In this document: positions 1 to 12,026 of the stretch, piece after piece
Layout of the letters: every line of letters begins with the position of its first letter
Numbering within the stretch: the stretch's first letter is position 1
Origin: Azolla caroliniana
Lineage: Eukaryota; Plantae; Polypodiophyta
DNA: 64,000 nt
Reading direction: 5' to 3'
Assembly (NCBI GenBank): GCA_043228905.1
Contig: JBHGNT010000010.1
Location: 14,322,001 to 14,386,000 of the forward strand
Position numbers and translations under genes: made by a program
The notes under the pieces: generated by a model
The model's database searches: none
What the model saw: the letters and a program-made list of their open reading frames with translations, nothing else
What the model was told of the DNA's origin: nothing

Positions 1-315
1 AGTGAGCAGAACACAAAAAACTTAGATTCAAAAATAACTCTCAATCACTCTATACAAGATGTGCTCAATCGGCGCTTTTTATACAAGTCTTTATGGACAG
101 ACAGAAGTACTATTAGAGTACTAACACATACTTCAATACTCATTAATGAGCTTCCTACACTAACTCCCAAAATTATTCCGTACAAGAAATAACGCTCTAA
201 CGACCTCTCAGCTTACGCACCGTTACGGCCTTTGTGCGTACGGTTTTACGCAACCAGTCTACGCACTAGGTTACGCACCCGTTTACGCACCCAATGTTGA
301 GCTTGTATCTCAACA
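1..315 (-). mobile_element. Partial LTR of a Ty1/copia family (same family as the LTR at 62808-63246), cut by the window edge
   Basis: Shares blocks (ttttatacaagtc...gacagaagtact...cttcaat...cactaactcccaaaa, gttgagcttg...tcaaca) with 62808-63246. Ends CAACA at 315 (TGTTG on minus) with no PPT adjacent. Confidence 0.7.
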
Positions 316-408
316 ATAATAAACATGTACAAGCCATATAGAGGATGGCAAAAAACAGGATCAGGTTACAAGTTCAGAAACCCAAAACACGTCGTGCCCA
401 CTTAACAA

Positions 409-726
409 TCATAACGCGTAGAAGGTAGACGTCATCATCATCGTACCAATGCTTAGACCCCTACCAAATAGGATGTATAAGAACCAATAATCAAGGACGA
501 CTATAGAAAATGGAAATAATAAGATACTTAGGAAGTTTGGTGATTTGAGGCCATAAGTGAACTCTTCGACAAACATACAAATTGTTTGCATTACATAATA
601 TCCGCAATATGTTCCGTGGGGCTGAGTTGGTATATGGATTTCAGTATATTGGTTCTCAGGTATGATGTTATGGTCTGTGACGGTGCTTGTGACTTTGGTT
701 ATAGCCATTTCTGCCAAACTCTTCAA
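409..726 (-). pseudogene. Possible Ulp1/C48-type protease fragment of the kind carried by plant DNA transposons
   Basis: ORF contains PTQPHGTYCGYYVM, resembling the PxQ...CGYYV catalytic-Cys motif. No other domain support seen. Confidence 0.35.
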
Positions 727-759
727 TTCCCTAAGACTAGTTGAACCGACACAGTCGGT

Positions 760-3160
760 TAATCGGAGATAGCTAGATGGAAGAGCTGAATTAGAGTCCG
801 TCGACTTAGAGCAACCAACCTATGAGTTGGAATTGACGGACCTATTGAAGTCGATCAAAGAATACGAATCAGAGTCAGTGGACATCCAACAACTGATCGG
901 CATGAATGAACCTGAGCCGAGAGAAGAGTTGGCAGAGACATTCGAGCCACAACCAACGACGAATGGAAAGAGATATCCTCTCAGAGAGAGAAGAGCACCA
1001 ACAACATATGCCAATCAATACATCAACTTGACTAATGAAGGTGAACCAGCGTGTTATGGCGAAGACATTGCTGACAAGCACGAAGAAATATGGTTGAGTG
1101 CAATGCAAAATGAGATGGACTCCTTGCATGAAAACTACACCTACGACTTGGTAGAATTACCGAAAGGTAAGAGAGAACTTAGGAACAAGTGGGTCTATAA
1201 AGGGATGATTAGAGAAGTCAACAACGTGCCTAGGTATAAAGCCCACATAGTGGTGAAGGGGTTCCAACAGAAAAAGGGTGTCGAATTCGACGAGATATTT
1301 GCACTAGTCGTTAAGATGACATCCATCCGAATTGTTCTGAGCATAGCTGCCAACATGGACCTAGAGATCGAATAGTTGGATGAAGAGATCTACATGACGC
1401 AACCCAAAGGCTTTGGGGAGTAAGGGAAAGAGAACCTGGTGTGTCAACTGAAGAAAAGCTTGTATGGTCTGAAGCAAGCTCCACGCCAATGGTACAAGAA
1501 GTTTGAATCCTTCATGACGGAACATCGGTTGCAGAAAACACAGGCTGATCACTGTGTGTTCGTCAAAAGGTATGAAGACGGTGATTTCTTGATTCACTTA
1601 TTATATGTAGATGACATGTTGATAGTCAGTCAAGACACAAGGAAGATCGAGAGCTTGAAGAAAGCCCTAGGCAAATTGTTTGCCATGAAAGATCTTGGAC
1701 CGGCTAAACAGATCTTGGGGATGCACATAGTTCGAGATAGAACTAAGAAAGTGTTGTGGTTGTCATAAAGAGGTTCAACATGTCGGAAGTAAAGCCGGTT
1801 GGCTCTACGTTACCAACCAACTACAAGTCAAATGATAACCAATGCCCGAGAAGGGAGAAAGAAAAGGTTGAGATGAAGAAAGTACCATATGCCTCAATCG
1901 TCGGCAGTTTAATGTACGCTATGATCTACACGAGACTAGACATAGCATTTGTTGTGGGAACAGTAAGCTGATATATGAGTAATTTAGGACGAGAACACTA
2001 GGCAACAGTGAAGTGGATACTCAGGTACTTAAAAGGCCTAAGGTATGGCGTCGGAAAACCCATGCTCGAAGGTGTTACCGATTCGGACATGTCAGGGGAT
2101 GTAGACTCGAACCGATCCACGTCAGGGTACGTGATGACCTATGCAGGGAGAGTAGTGTCGTGGCAGTCACAACTGCAAAGGTCTGTGACCTGGTTGACTA
2201 CAGAGGCAGAATATATGGCATCGGTAGAGGCCGGCAAGGAGTTGACTTGGATGAAGAGTTTCCTCAGTGAACTCGGGATGAAGCAAGAAGAATGCTTGCT
2301 CCACTGTGATAATCAAAGTGGCATACATCTTGCAAAGAACGTTGCATACCACTCTCCGACCAAGCATATACAAAGAAGGTATCACTAGTTGCGAGAGAAG
2401 GTAGATGAAGGAAAGTTTTCCTTCGTGAAGATCCATACCGACAACAATGGATCCGACATGCTCCCAAAGAACCTACCAATGGACAGACTCAATGTCTGTC
2501 GACAAAAGACAGGACTGACCGACTCCCACCCACTGGAGTGAAGGTGGAGTTTATTGGGAATATGTCCCTCTAGTGGGAGGAGCCGACTGGTTCGACCAAG
2601 AACTGCCGGCTGTCGAAGAGTCGATTGCGAGAACCGGCATGAAGGAGATCCAAGTTGAAGACCAAGCTGATTAGTCGGACCAACTAGACAGTTGACACTA
2701 GAGTCGGCTCATGGCTACTTATTATTATAGATAATAATAGTAGTGATGTGTAGTAGTGGCTATATTTGTAAATAGCCCATATAGTCTATAAGTATAAATA
2801 CACTTAGGGCAAACATGGTGTGTTGTTGAACAATATAGAGTGTGTGCCTTTGTTGGTGCTAGTGGTAGAGAAGACAGTGTGTGTGAGGAGAGAGTGAGCG
2901 AGGGAGAGAGTGAGAGCGGTGCCATAGCCGAGCGAGGTTTGACGCCAAGAGCCCTGTGCGGCTAATACACTCTGAGTGGAGAGTGTTGTATTCTGATCTC
3001 ATCCTGTACTCTCTCTGTATAGTGGAATCTTTGTTCTCGTGGTTTTCCCTGTTTAGGGTTTCCACATAAATCACCTTGTATTGTGCATTTGTTGTTTCAG
3101 TGTGTATTGTGTATTTCAAAGTAAGTCTTTCTCATAGATTTGGAGATTTGATTCTCAACA
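760..3160 (+). mobile_element. Degenerate, 5'-truncated Ty1/copia (RT, RNase H, PPT, 3' LTR 2552-3160), related to the elements at 34.3-45.7 kb
   Basis: ORF pieces RYPLRERRAP, LKKSLYGLKQAPRQWY, LLYVDD, TTEAEY with many stops. PPT-like gaaggtggag at about 2540. LTR starts tattggg (mutated TG) and ends caaca at 3160. Left boundary approximate. Confidence 0.88.
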
Positions 3161-3634
3161 TGACTAATCCTTTTGTTGAACATTGCTCAACTCTTGTTTG
3201 AGCTGCAACTTTCTGGGCGTCGTGCTCGTGGCGAAAATCCGTTTTAGATTCGCCCATGCATCTTTCGGCGTCTTGGCATCACGGATGTAGCTCAGTAGTT
3301 GATCACTCACACAGGATGCAAAGCAATACAAAACATTGGCCGCATGTTCCCATGCTGGAAAGTCCTTGTGTGTCGACTCTGGTGCTGCATCATTAGCTCC
3401 TTCGACGTAGCTCCAATATTCGTGTCCAAGGAGATATTGGTGCATCTTGTACGACCAAGATGCATAGTTGCTTCTGTTGATCTTCTCTGTCGGAAGCGAG
3501 TTGCCCATGCCTCTATCCATATTTTTGTTTATCTGGAAGAAGGAATGTCTCTATGTAGTCTTTGCTTTTCGGTCGGTTGTAGAGGATTCTCAACCCTTGC
3601 ACTCTGATATCATGTAAAAAGAAATGTGCGAAAG
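3161..3634 (-). mobile_element. Ty1/copia gag N-terminus, tRNA-Met PBS and adjoining piece of the 5' LTR (LTR resumes at 16489)
   Basis: ORF 3164-3520 NYASWSYKMHQYLLGH...KTPKDAW (copia gag). PBS remnant ctctgatatca at about 3602-3612. LTR begins tgtaaa at 3613 and is split by the 3635-16488 element. Confidence 0.8.
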
Positions 3635-6600
3635 TGTTACCCGTAACAATAATGTGGTTCATGTGTATGTGTAATATGAATGAGTGTATGAGGATGAGTA
3701 TGTGTATGAACACATGCACATTCGTGTGCATGTGTACAAAGGTGAGAAAGTGGGTAAGTAATGTAACTCCCTACTTGTCTCATTCTTTATTTGTAACAAT
3801 TACCTCTTGTACTATATAAACCCCACCCATGGGGCATAATGTAAGATAGTTTTTGCCCCTCTCATTTTTGTGTCATTTCTTATTTTTCTTTCTCTTTCTC
3901 TCTCCCTCACACGCAATCCCCTTTGGGAGGGGGCTGAAGCCATTCTAGGCTTCACCCCCCACCCATCAACACTTTTGGCACGCCTGAATGGCTGACCCTC
4001 CCTTCAGAGGAAGTCTATCCCTCACTCTCCCTCTCCATCACTAATCTCTATCTACTCCGCTCTGTATTTCTGTTTGTATTTGTGTTAGAGAGAGGGATTT
4101 GTGCATGGACTGTGTGTATGAGAGCCAACCTGTAATGGAGATCTCAACATTATTCTCTTGAGAAGAAGTCACTCTCCCCTTTTTCTCAGTCCCTCTCTCC
4201 CCTTCTTTTGTGTGATTGTCTGTCTTTATGTGTCTGTGTTTGCTTCCTGAAGAAGAAGAAACTCACAAGAAATAGTGAATGTAGCTTCTCAGTTTTGTTT
4301 TTCATCAAATGATGAGAAAGAGATAATGAAAATGCCATGGCATGCCGCACCCACGGTTCAATCTGATGGTCATTCTCTAATACGACTCGGACTGAGACTG
4401 TTGTAGGATCCATCAAATCCGTGACTGCCTGCGTTCTTCTTCACCCCCACCTATGAGGATGATGACACTTCCTCTTCTGTAGGAAGAACGTCATGGCTGT
4501 AATATTTGGCTTCCTCTAGGCGCAATTGATTCCTAAACCTACATGTGTAGTGGGGCAATGTAGAAGAAGTTGGAGCATGAGGTGGAGCCATGGCGGCTGC
4601 TACTACTAGTGGCCCAACAAGAGAAGCCGCTCCACAGATCGCACATCCCATGACAATATACCCTATAGGCGGATGAGATGAAGAGCTTGTTGCTCCTCGC
4701 ATCGACATGGATCGAAACACAAATGCACGTTGACTCTGTTTCCATCTCCCTGCAGCGCTGTCAAACATCCGTTCTTAATCCCTACAACACCCCTTCCATC
4801 ACTGCCACTTCTTGAATCCATTGCCATTATTAATCCTCTCTGTTGCCACAATGATACTAGGGGGCTCTCCTCTTCATGCCCTTTTACTGTAGCTACTGTT
4901 CTTACACTGCCATACCTTGTTTCGGATTTTGCTTCCGATCTCGAATCTCTCTGTTGATCTACACACAACTACTGAGGCCAAGTGAGATATGGCTATCCAA
5001 TCTCATGGAATGTGATCTTTGATGTATAAGCCCTACTAGAGTCTATAGGCGGTGGCACCTCTGTCAGTGCTCGTTTGTGGACCGTGCCATCGAATCATCC
5101 TCTCGCATCTTATTCTTTATTGTTAAATGACTTGAATTATTTTTTGTGGTTTATGAAAAGCCACGTCTCTCATCTGCATGAAGTTTATATAAAGGCCCAT
5201 GCATGCATCATTATCATGCAAAAGTTAGTGAAGTGAGGGCTATATATATAAAGGCAGCCTTAGTCATTTAAAAATAATGATCACCAAGAGTTGTAGGCTT
5301 GTGACATTTGAGAGAATTAGAGAGTTGGGAAACACCATTTTAGAGAATTCTTGTGAGAGAATTGTGAGGTTATTCTCTTGGGTGTTGGATTTAATTAGAG
5401 AATAATTTCTCTAATTGTTGTAAACTCTCTGTTACATTTTCTTATAGTGGAATCTCTCTCCTTTCCATGGACGTAGGCTAATTTAGTCGAACCACGTAAA
5501 TATTCGTGTCATTATTTCTCTGCTCCTATATTATCATATTATTGTTTTCTATTTAATCTAATGTACTATTTGATCCGAGTGTCAACCTAACAAATTGGTA
5601 TCAGAGCCTTGGTTGTAAGTACATTAGTTTTGGTATTTTCTTGTTAAGTCAAGATGTTGACAACAAAATTTGATGTAGAGAAGTTCAATCGAAAAATCAA
5701 CTTCTCTCTTTGGCAAGTAAGGATGCACTAGATCCTTGTGCAGAATAGAGTTCAGAAGGCTTTAGATGTAAGGCCCGACGGTATGACGGACACCAGGTGG
5801 GAGGATATAGACGAGAAGGCCTGCTCAGCTATTCAACTATCTTTGGCAAATGAAATTTTGCGGGAGGTAATCTCCGAGAAGACATCGAAGGCACTATGGG
5901 AAAATTTGGAGTCTCTCTATTTGAAAAAGACTTTGACGAACAAGCTTTATAAGAAACAGTGCTTGTATTCACTACGGATGACTCATCTCTCAATTTTCAT
6001 ATTGATGAGTTTGAATCTATTATCATGGATTTGCAAAATCTCGATGTTACTATTGATGATGAAGATAAGGCATTGTTGTTGTTGTGTTCATTACCCCATT
6101 CATATAGACATTTTAGAGAAACTATGTTGTATGGGAAAAATACTATTTCTCTAAAAGATGTTAAATTTTCTTTGGAAACTAAAGAAAAGATTGATCATGA
6201 TATCACTGGACAAACTAGTGATAGTTAGGCACAGGGTTTATATGTAAGGGGTAGATCTAAACAAAAAGGGAACAATAGAGATAGGCCTAAATCTAGATCT
6301 AAATCTAGAAGTAGATCTGTTGTGTGTTGGCACTGTAAGGAACCAGGCCACGTTCGCAAGAATTGTGATAAGTTGCAGAGAAAAAAGAATACTCCACAAG
6401 ATAGAAATGAGGATGCAAGTAAAGCTATTGTTGCTGAAGTGGGAGGCGATGTTGATGTGCTCCTTGTGACGGAAAAGTCAATCAAGCTAAATGATGTGTG
6501 GATTATGGATACTGGTTGTTCTTATCATATGTGTCCCAATCAAGACTGGTTTTCATCATACGAGTCTATTGATGGAGGAGTAGTTTTGATGGGGAATAAT

Positions 6601-6662
6601 ACTCCATGCAAAACTATTGGAATAGGAAAAGTACGGATCCGGATGGCTGATGGGATTGTCAG

Positions 6663-9600
6663 TGTCGAATACCTGTGTATAATGGACGTATTCACACCAT
6701 CCCGTTTTGGCCATTTATGTAATTAGCATAAAGGGCAGTTGCCCTAAGTCGGTCACTATATATAGTGACCTTGTAACCTCTTTGTGAGGTTGGTTGTTGT
6801 ATTGTTGCTTTATGAAATAAAGAGTTCTTTTGTGCCTCTCTCTCTCTCTCTCTCTCTCTGTGCAACGACCTACATTCTGTCATACGCAGGGAATAAACAG
6901 GAATCGAGTGCTTCAAGATCTTCCGCACTGACGACATTGCTTCCAACATCTGGTATCAGAGCCTGCACAGTAGTCGGTCCCTCAATCCGCTGTCGGCCGT
7001 CGTCTCTGCATTCGGTTTCCTGCGTCATTCGAAGAAGAGAGAAGAAGAAGAAAAACCAGGTTTGCATCTCATCGCGTTAGATCATCTTTGTTTGGAGTAA
7101 GCCAGCAGGTTGTACTCCGCTCCCCGTGATCGTAACCGCTCGAGGTGAAATCCCCTTGTGCAACTCTGACAACAACCCAAATTCGTGCTTCATCTGGCTG
7201 ATCGACATTCGGGAGGATCAGTCGGATCCGTCTCTCTCGTCGCTGCAGTCAACCGAAGCAAAATCGGCTCAGATAATCGGTTTTAATAATCGGTATTCGG
7301 CATATATATCCGAAACGAACCAGGCTCCGACTCGGCGACATTCGGGAAGACCAGTCGGTTCTGTCCCTCAAGTTACCGGAGTCAATTCGAGCAAGTTCAA
7401 CAATACATCCGAAGCCGAACCGACTCGGGTTCAAATCCGACTAGAACGATATCGGGTGAGCCAACCGACTGCACTCCAACAAGGTTCCCAGTCAACTCCG
7501 AACCGAGCTTCGTCAACCAAAACCGAATTTGATGGCATCAACATCCGGCTCGTCAGAAATGAGTCTACGAAAGTTCGATGGATCGAACTTCAACTTCTGG
7601 AAGGAACAAATGCAGGACTATCTCATAGTCAAGGGGCAAATCGATCCCATCGAAAATGAAGAACCTCCAGAAGGATACAAACCAATTGAGTGGCAGAAGC
7701 TGGACAGAATCGTCCGCGCCACGATTCGGATGCACCTATCGGAATCGGTATACTTTACGGTGCAATCGTGTACGACAGCATTCGAACTGTGGAAAACACT
7801 GTCGGACACTTACGAAAAGAAGGTCGCCGCAACGAAGATGTTTCTGATCCGGCGCCTCTACAACTTGCGGATGAAAGAATCCGACTCGGTTCAAGCACAC
7901 CTCAATGAGTACGAAAGCATAAGCTCCCAAATCTCGTCACAGGGGACGGCAATCGAGGATGAACTCAGAGCAATGATACTCATGAGCAGCCTTCCCTCAT
8001 CATGGGAAACTTTCGTCACAACCGTGTGCAACGCGTCAACCACGGCTGTCAAATACTCCGAAATCACGAGCGCAATTCTGACCGAAGCAGCTCGGAGAAA
8101 GTCTTTCGCCAAAGACTCAACAGACGACGCCTACGTAGTACAAGGTTCGACAGACCGATCGAACATACGAGGACGAGATTCCTCACGGCCGCCGAACAAT
8201 CAGCGAAGACGGAGCCAGTCACGGGATAACCGAATCTGCAACTATTGCAAGAAACCCGGACACATCAAAGCCGACTGCCGCGCACTCAAGAACAAGAACA
8301 ACAAGAAGAGTGGCCGGCATGAGGAGATCAATTACGTCAGCTTCTCGGCTGATGTACTACCGGACGACCCGAATATACTGTCAATCGAAAATCCAGTCGG
8401 ATCCGAAGTTCTGCTCACGACTGAAGAATCGAGCACATGGCTCTTGGATTCGGGCGCGTCATTTCACGTGACTCCTCATCGATCCCAATTTCGGCAATAT
8501 ACGATCCGTCACTCCGACTCAGTTCGAGTCGGCAACTCACAACACTGTGACATCATCGGAATCGGCACAGTAGAGCTCAACCTTGCAGGTGGCTCTACAC
8601 TTGTACTCCACAATGTCCGACATGTACCCGAGCTCTCAAGGCCATTGATCTCAGTCGGACAACTAGATGAAGACGGCATTCGTGCCGGTTTTTCTTCGGG
8701 AGGGTGGACACTCCACAGGGGGAACCTCTTGCTTGCTAGAGGACCCAAGATACACTCCCTGTATCCGTTACATGTTACGCTCAGAGAGGGTAACCTATTT
8801 TTGGTGGACATCCCTGTGTCATCACTATGGCACCGAAGATTAGGACACCTCAGCAAGGCCGGCATCACGCACCTATCTAGAGCCGGATACATCCCCAAAC
8901 TCTCCTTCTCCGACCATCAATTCTGCGAGCATTGCCAGTATGGCAAACAAGCAGCCGCATCACACCCGACATCAGCACCAAGAGAAACGAGACCTCTTGA
9001 TTTGGTCCACTCGGACGTCTGTGGCCCAATGCCGCATCAGTCTCTCGGCGGTGCCTCTTACTTCGTCACTTTTATTGACGATTCGACTCGAAAGGTGTGG
9101 GCTTATCCAATTCGCACCAAAGATCGGGTCTTCTCGATCTTCACCGATTGGCTCGCTATGGTGGAAAATCAAACCGACCGAAAGCTGAAATGCTTTCGGA
9201 CAGACAATGGGGGAGAGTTTAAATCCGAAGAATTCGTCAAATTCTGCCGACAACGCGGCATCCGACGTGAATTTACGGCACCACACAGTCCGGAGCAAAA
9301 CGGGATTGCAGAACGAATGAATCGGACAATCCAAGAAAGGATAGTTTCCATGCTCCAACACTCCGGACTGTCGGATGGCTTCTGGGCAGAGGCTCTACTC
9401 ACGGCAGTACACATAATCAATATGTCGCCAAGTAGACCTCTAGGACTTCAAATTCCTCAGGAACTATGGATCGGCAGCAAGCCGAATTACGACAAGCTGA
9501 GGATCTTCGGATGCGAGGCGTACGCCCTTATTCCGAAAGATGATCGCCGAAAACTTGCACCTCGGTCCAGGAAATGCATTTTCCTTGGATATGGATCAGA

Positions 9601-12026
9601 CGGCGAAATGGGATACCGACTCTGGGACCCCGAACGCAGACAAATCGTTCGAAGTTCGGACGTTGTGTTCAACGAGTCGGCTATGAATCCATCAGTCGAA
9701 AAACCGATTGAAGTCCGAAGGGTAACATTCTCCGATGTGCCGACCCTTCAAGAAGGCCCCGCTCTCAACACACGGTCAGCTTCACGGGTAGCTGAACCTT
9801 ATACTACCGACTCGGACAACTCTGACTCGGCACAGCCGAATGATTCGGTTTCGGACCATCCGACCTCGATACCCGATGCGACCAGTCCAATCATACCTCG
9901 ACGATCCGAGAGACTGTCGCAACCTCCGGAGAGGTATTCTCCTGGAATTTTCTTCACCGACGCCGGCGAACCGACGTCTTACGAAGAAGCATCGACATCT
10001 GTCGATTCGGCCACCTGGCATCTGGCGATGGAGTCGGAAATGCACTCCATCCGTGCAAACAAGACTTGGGATCTGGTCGAATTACCTAGGAACCGACGTG
10101 CTCTTCCTTGCAAGTGGGTTTATCGACTAAAAGAGACGTCTGATTCGACCACCCCAAAGTACAAGGCCAGATTAGTTGCGAAGGGCTTCCGACAAGAATA
10201 TGGCGTCGACTTCGACGAGATTTTTTCACCAGTGGTGAAAATGACAACCCTTCGTTTTCTGCTCGGCGTCGTGGCAGCCGACAACTTGGAGCTGATTCAG
10301 CTAGATGTCAAAACAGCCTTCCTCCATGGTGATCTCGAGGAGGAAATTTATATGGAGCAGCCAAAAGGCTTCGTGGCAACTGGCCAAGAACATCTAGTCT
10401 GCCGACTCAGGAAGAGTCTATACGGCCTCAAACAGGCACCGCGACAATGGTACAAGAAGTTCGACGACTTCATCCAATCGATCGGCTTCTCCAAAAGCGA
10501 TGAGGACCATTGTCTCTTCACCAATACAGCTCAAGATGGATCACCCATCTTCCTCATCATTTACGTGGACGACATGCTAATTTCTGGACGCCACGCGGGC
10601 GAACTTGCCGATCTCGTTCGGCAACTGCGGTTGAAGTTTGCCATGAAGGACCTCGGTCCGGCACGACACATCCTTGGCATGAAGATTAGTCGGCATCGCG
10701 ATAAACGACATCTTTTTTTGTCTCAGACCGACTATATCGGACGTGTCTTGGAACGCTTCAACATGCAATCAGCCAAATCTGCTTCAACCCCACTCCCTAT
10801 GAATCTTCGGCTCTCTCAGCGAGACTGCCCGACATCCGGTTCGGAGGGGGAAGATATGAAGTCGGTACCGTATGCACCGGCAGTCGGCTCCCTTATGTAC
10901 CTGATGGTTGCGACACGGCCTGACATCTCTCATGCCGTAGGAGTCGTTAGCAGATTTATGCACAATCCTGGCCGATCGCATTGGAACGCAGTCAAGCATG
11001 TGTTCAGATATCTGGCTGGCACAAAAGATCACGGCATTCTTTTCGGTCCGAACCGAACCTCAGGCGTAGTCGGTTACACCGACTCGGACTTCGCCGGCTG
11101 TATAGACAGTCGGAAATCAACAACCGGATACTGCTTCAAATTCGGCAATGGAGCAATCTCGTGGAAGTCGAAACTTCAGGAGTGCACAGCGACCTCAACG
11201 ACCGAAGCAGAATATGTAGCTGCGTCCGACGCAGCAAAAGAAGCTTTGTGGCTCGGTCGGCTGGCGCACACGTTTCGACAAGTCGAACATGACTCGGCTC
11301 CAGTTGTCTACAGCGACAGTCAAGGTGCTGTTGCCTTGTCGAAAAATCCGGTTCACCACAACGCCTCCAAACATATCGATGTTCGATATCACTTCGTTCG
11401 GGACTGCGTCATTTCAGGGAAAATCGGTCTAGAGAAAATATCCACAACCGACAATGTCGCAGATGGAATGACCAAGTGTCTTTCGGCAGACCGTTTTCGG
11501 TCTCTTCGGCATCAGATGGGCGTAACGACAAACCAGTCCGGTTAGAGCCGGACACAGAGCAGGATGGTTCCCGACAACCGACATCAGTTCCTTAATGATC
11601 GGCTTCAACTGTTCCGACCCGACCAGTTCGGTCTTCTGCCTTCGGACCCTGCCGACTCGAACAAAGCTGATATGTCCGAGAACCTAAGTCTATACCTGTA
11701 ACCTTAGATAACCCATGTATACGCCCATTACGGGGGAGTGTCGAATACCTGTGTATAATGGACGTATTCACACCATCCCGTTTTGGCCATTTATGTAATT
11801 AGCATAAAGGGCAGTTGCCCTAAGTCGGTCACTATATATAGTGACCTTGTAACCTCTTTGTGAGGTTGGTTGTTGTATTGTTGCTTTATGAAATAAAGAG
11901 TTCTTTTGTGCCTCTCTCTCTCTCTCTCTCTCTCTCTGTGCAACGACCTACATTCTGTCATACGCAGGGAATAAACAGGAATCGAGTGCTTCAAGATCTT
12001 CCGCACTGACGACATTGCTTCCAACA
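6663..12026 (+). mobile_element. Intact full-length Ty1/copia LTR retrotransposon
   Basis: LTRs 6663-6948 and 11739-12026 (TG...CA) identical except (CT)12 vs (CT)13. Perfect 5-bp TSD GTCAG (6658-6662 and 12027-12031). PBS tggtatcagagc 6951-6962. PPT gggggag before 11739. Confidence 0.98.
7532..11545 (+). CDS. Copia gag-pol polyprotein (1337 aa from ATG): Gag, CCHC, aspartic protease, integrase, RT, RNase H
   Basis: Uninterrupted ORF with CNYCKKPGHIKADC, WLLDSGAS, HHCC plus DDE core (VHSDV, TDNGGEF, NGIAERMNRT), IYVDD, TTEAEY, KHIDVRYHF. Confidence 0.97.
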   Translation: MASTSGSSEMSLRKFDGSNFNFWKEQMQDYLIVKGQIDPIENEEPPEGYKPIEWQKLDRIVRATIRMHLSESVYFTVQSCTTAFELWKTLSDTYEKKVAATKMFLIRRLYNLRMKESDSVQAHLNEYESISSQISSQGTAIEDELRAMILMSSLPSSWETFVTTVCNASTTAVKYSEITSAILTEAARRKSFAKDSTDDAYVVQGSTDRSNIRGRDSSRPPNNQRRRSQSRDNRICNYCKKPGHIKADCRALKNKNNKKSGRHEEINYVSFSADVLPDDPNILSIENPVGSEVLLTTEESSTWLLDSGASFHVTPHRSQFRQYTIRHSDSVRVGNSQHCDIIGIGTVELNLAGGSTLVLHNVRHVPELSRPLISVGQLDEDGIRAGFSSGGWTLHRGNLLLARGPKIHSLYPLHVTLREGNLFLVDIPVSSLWHRRLGHLSKAGITHLSRAGYIPKLSFSDHQFCEHCQYGKQAAASHPTSAPRETRPLDLVHSDVCGPMPHQSLGGASYFVTFIDDSTRKVWAYPIRTKDRVFSIFTDWLAMVENQTDRKLKCFRTDNGGEFKSEEFVKFCRQRGIRREFTAPHSPEQNGIAERMNRTIQERIVSMLQHSGLSDGFWAEALLTAVHIINMSPSRPLGLQIPQELWIGSKPNYDKLRIFGCEAYALIPKDDRRKLAPRSRKCIFLGYGSDGEMGYRLWDPERRQIVRSSDVVFNESAMNPSVEKPIEVRRVTFSDVPTLQEGPALNTRSASRVAEPYTTDSDNSDSAQPNDSVSDHPTSIPDATSPIIPRRSERLSQPPERYSPGIFFTDAGEPTSYEEASTSVDSATWHLAMESEMHSIRANKTWDLVELPRNRRALPCKWVYRLKETSDSTTPKYKARLVAKGFRQEYGVDFDEIFSPVVKMTTLRFLLGVVAADNLELIQLDVKTAFLHGDLEEEIYMEQPKGFVATGQEHLVCRLRKSLYGLKQAPRQWYKKFDDFIQSIGFSKSDEDHCLFTNTAQDGSPIFLIIYVDDMLISGRHAGELADLVRQLRLKFAMKDLGPARHILGMKISRHRDKRHLFLSQTDYIGRVLERFNMQSAKSASTPLPMNLRLSQRDCPTSGSEGEDMKSVPYAPAVGSLMYLMVATRPDISHAVGVVSRFMHNPGRSHWNAVKHVFRYLAGTKDHGILFGPNRTSGVVGYTDSDFAGCIDSRKSTTGYCFKFGNGAISWKSKLQECTATSTTEAEYVAASDAAKEALWLGRLAHTFRQVEHDSAPVVYSDSQGAVALSKNPVHHNASKHIDVRYHFVRDCVISGKIGLEKISTTDNVADGMTKCLSADRFRSLRHQMGVTTNQSG

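Noticed and set aside
4451-4968. F-box/kelch-like gene suggested by MFDSAAGRW
   Set aside because: A single short motif in broken frames is not enough to call a gene. Mentioned only as possible cargo.
7126-7659. 177-aa ORF overlapping the start of the intact copia gag
   Set aside because: GTG start, no recognisable motif. Likely a chance ORF in the leader.
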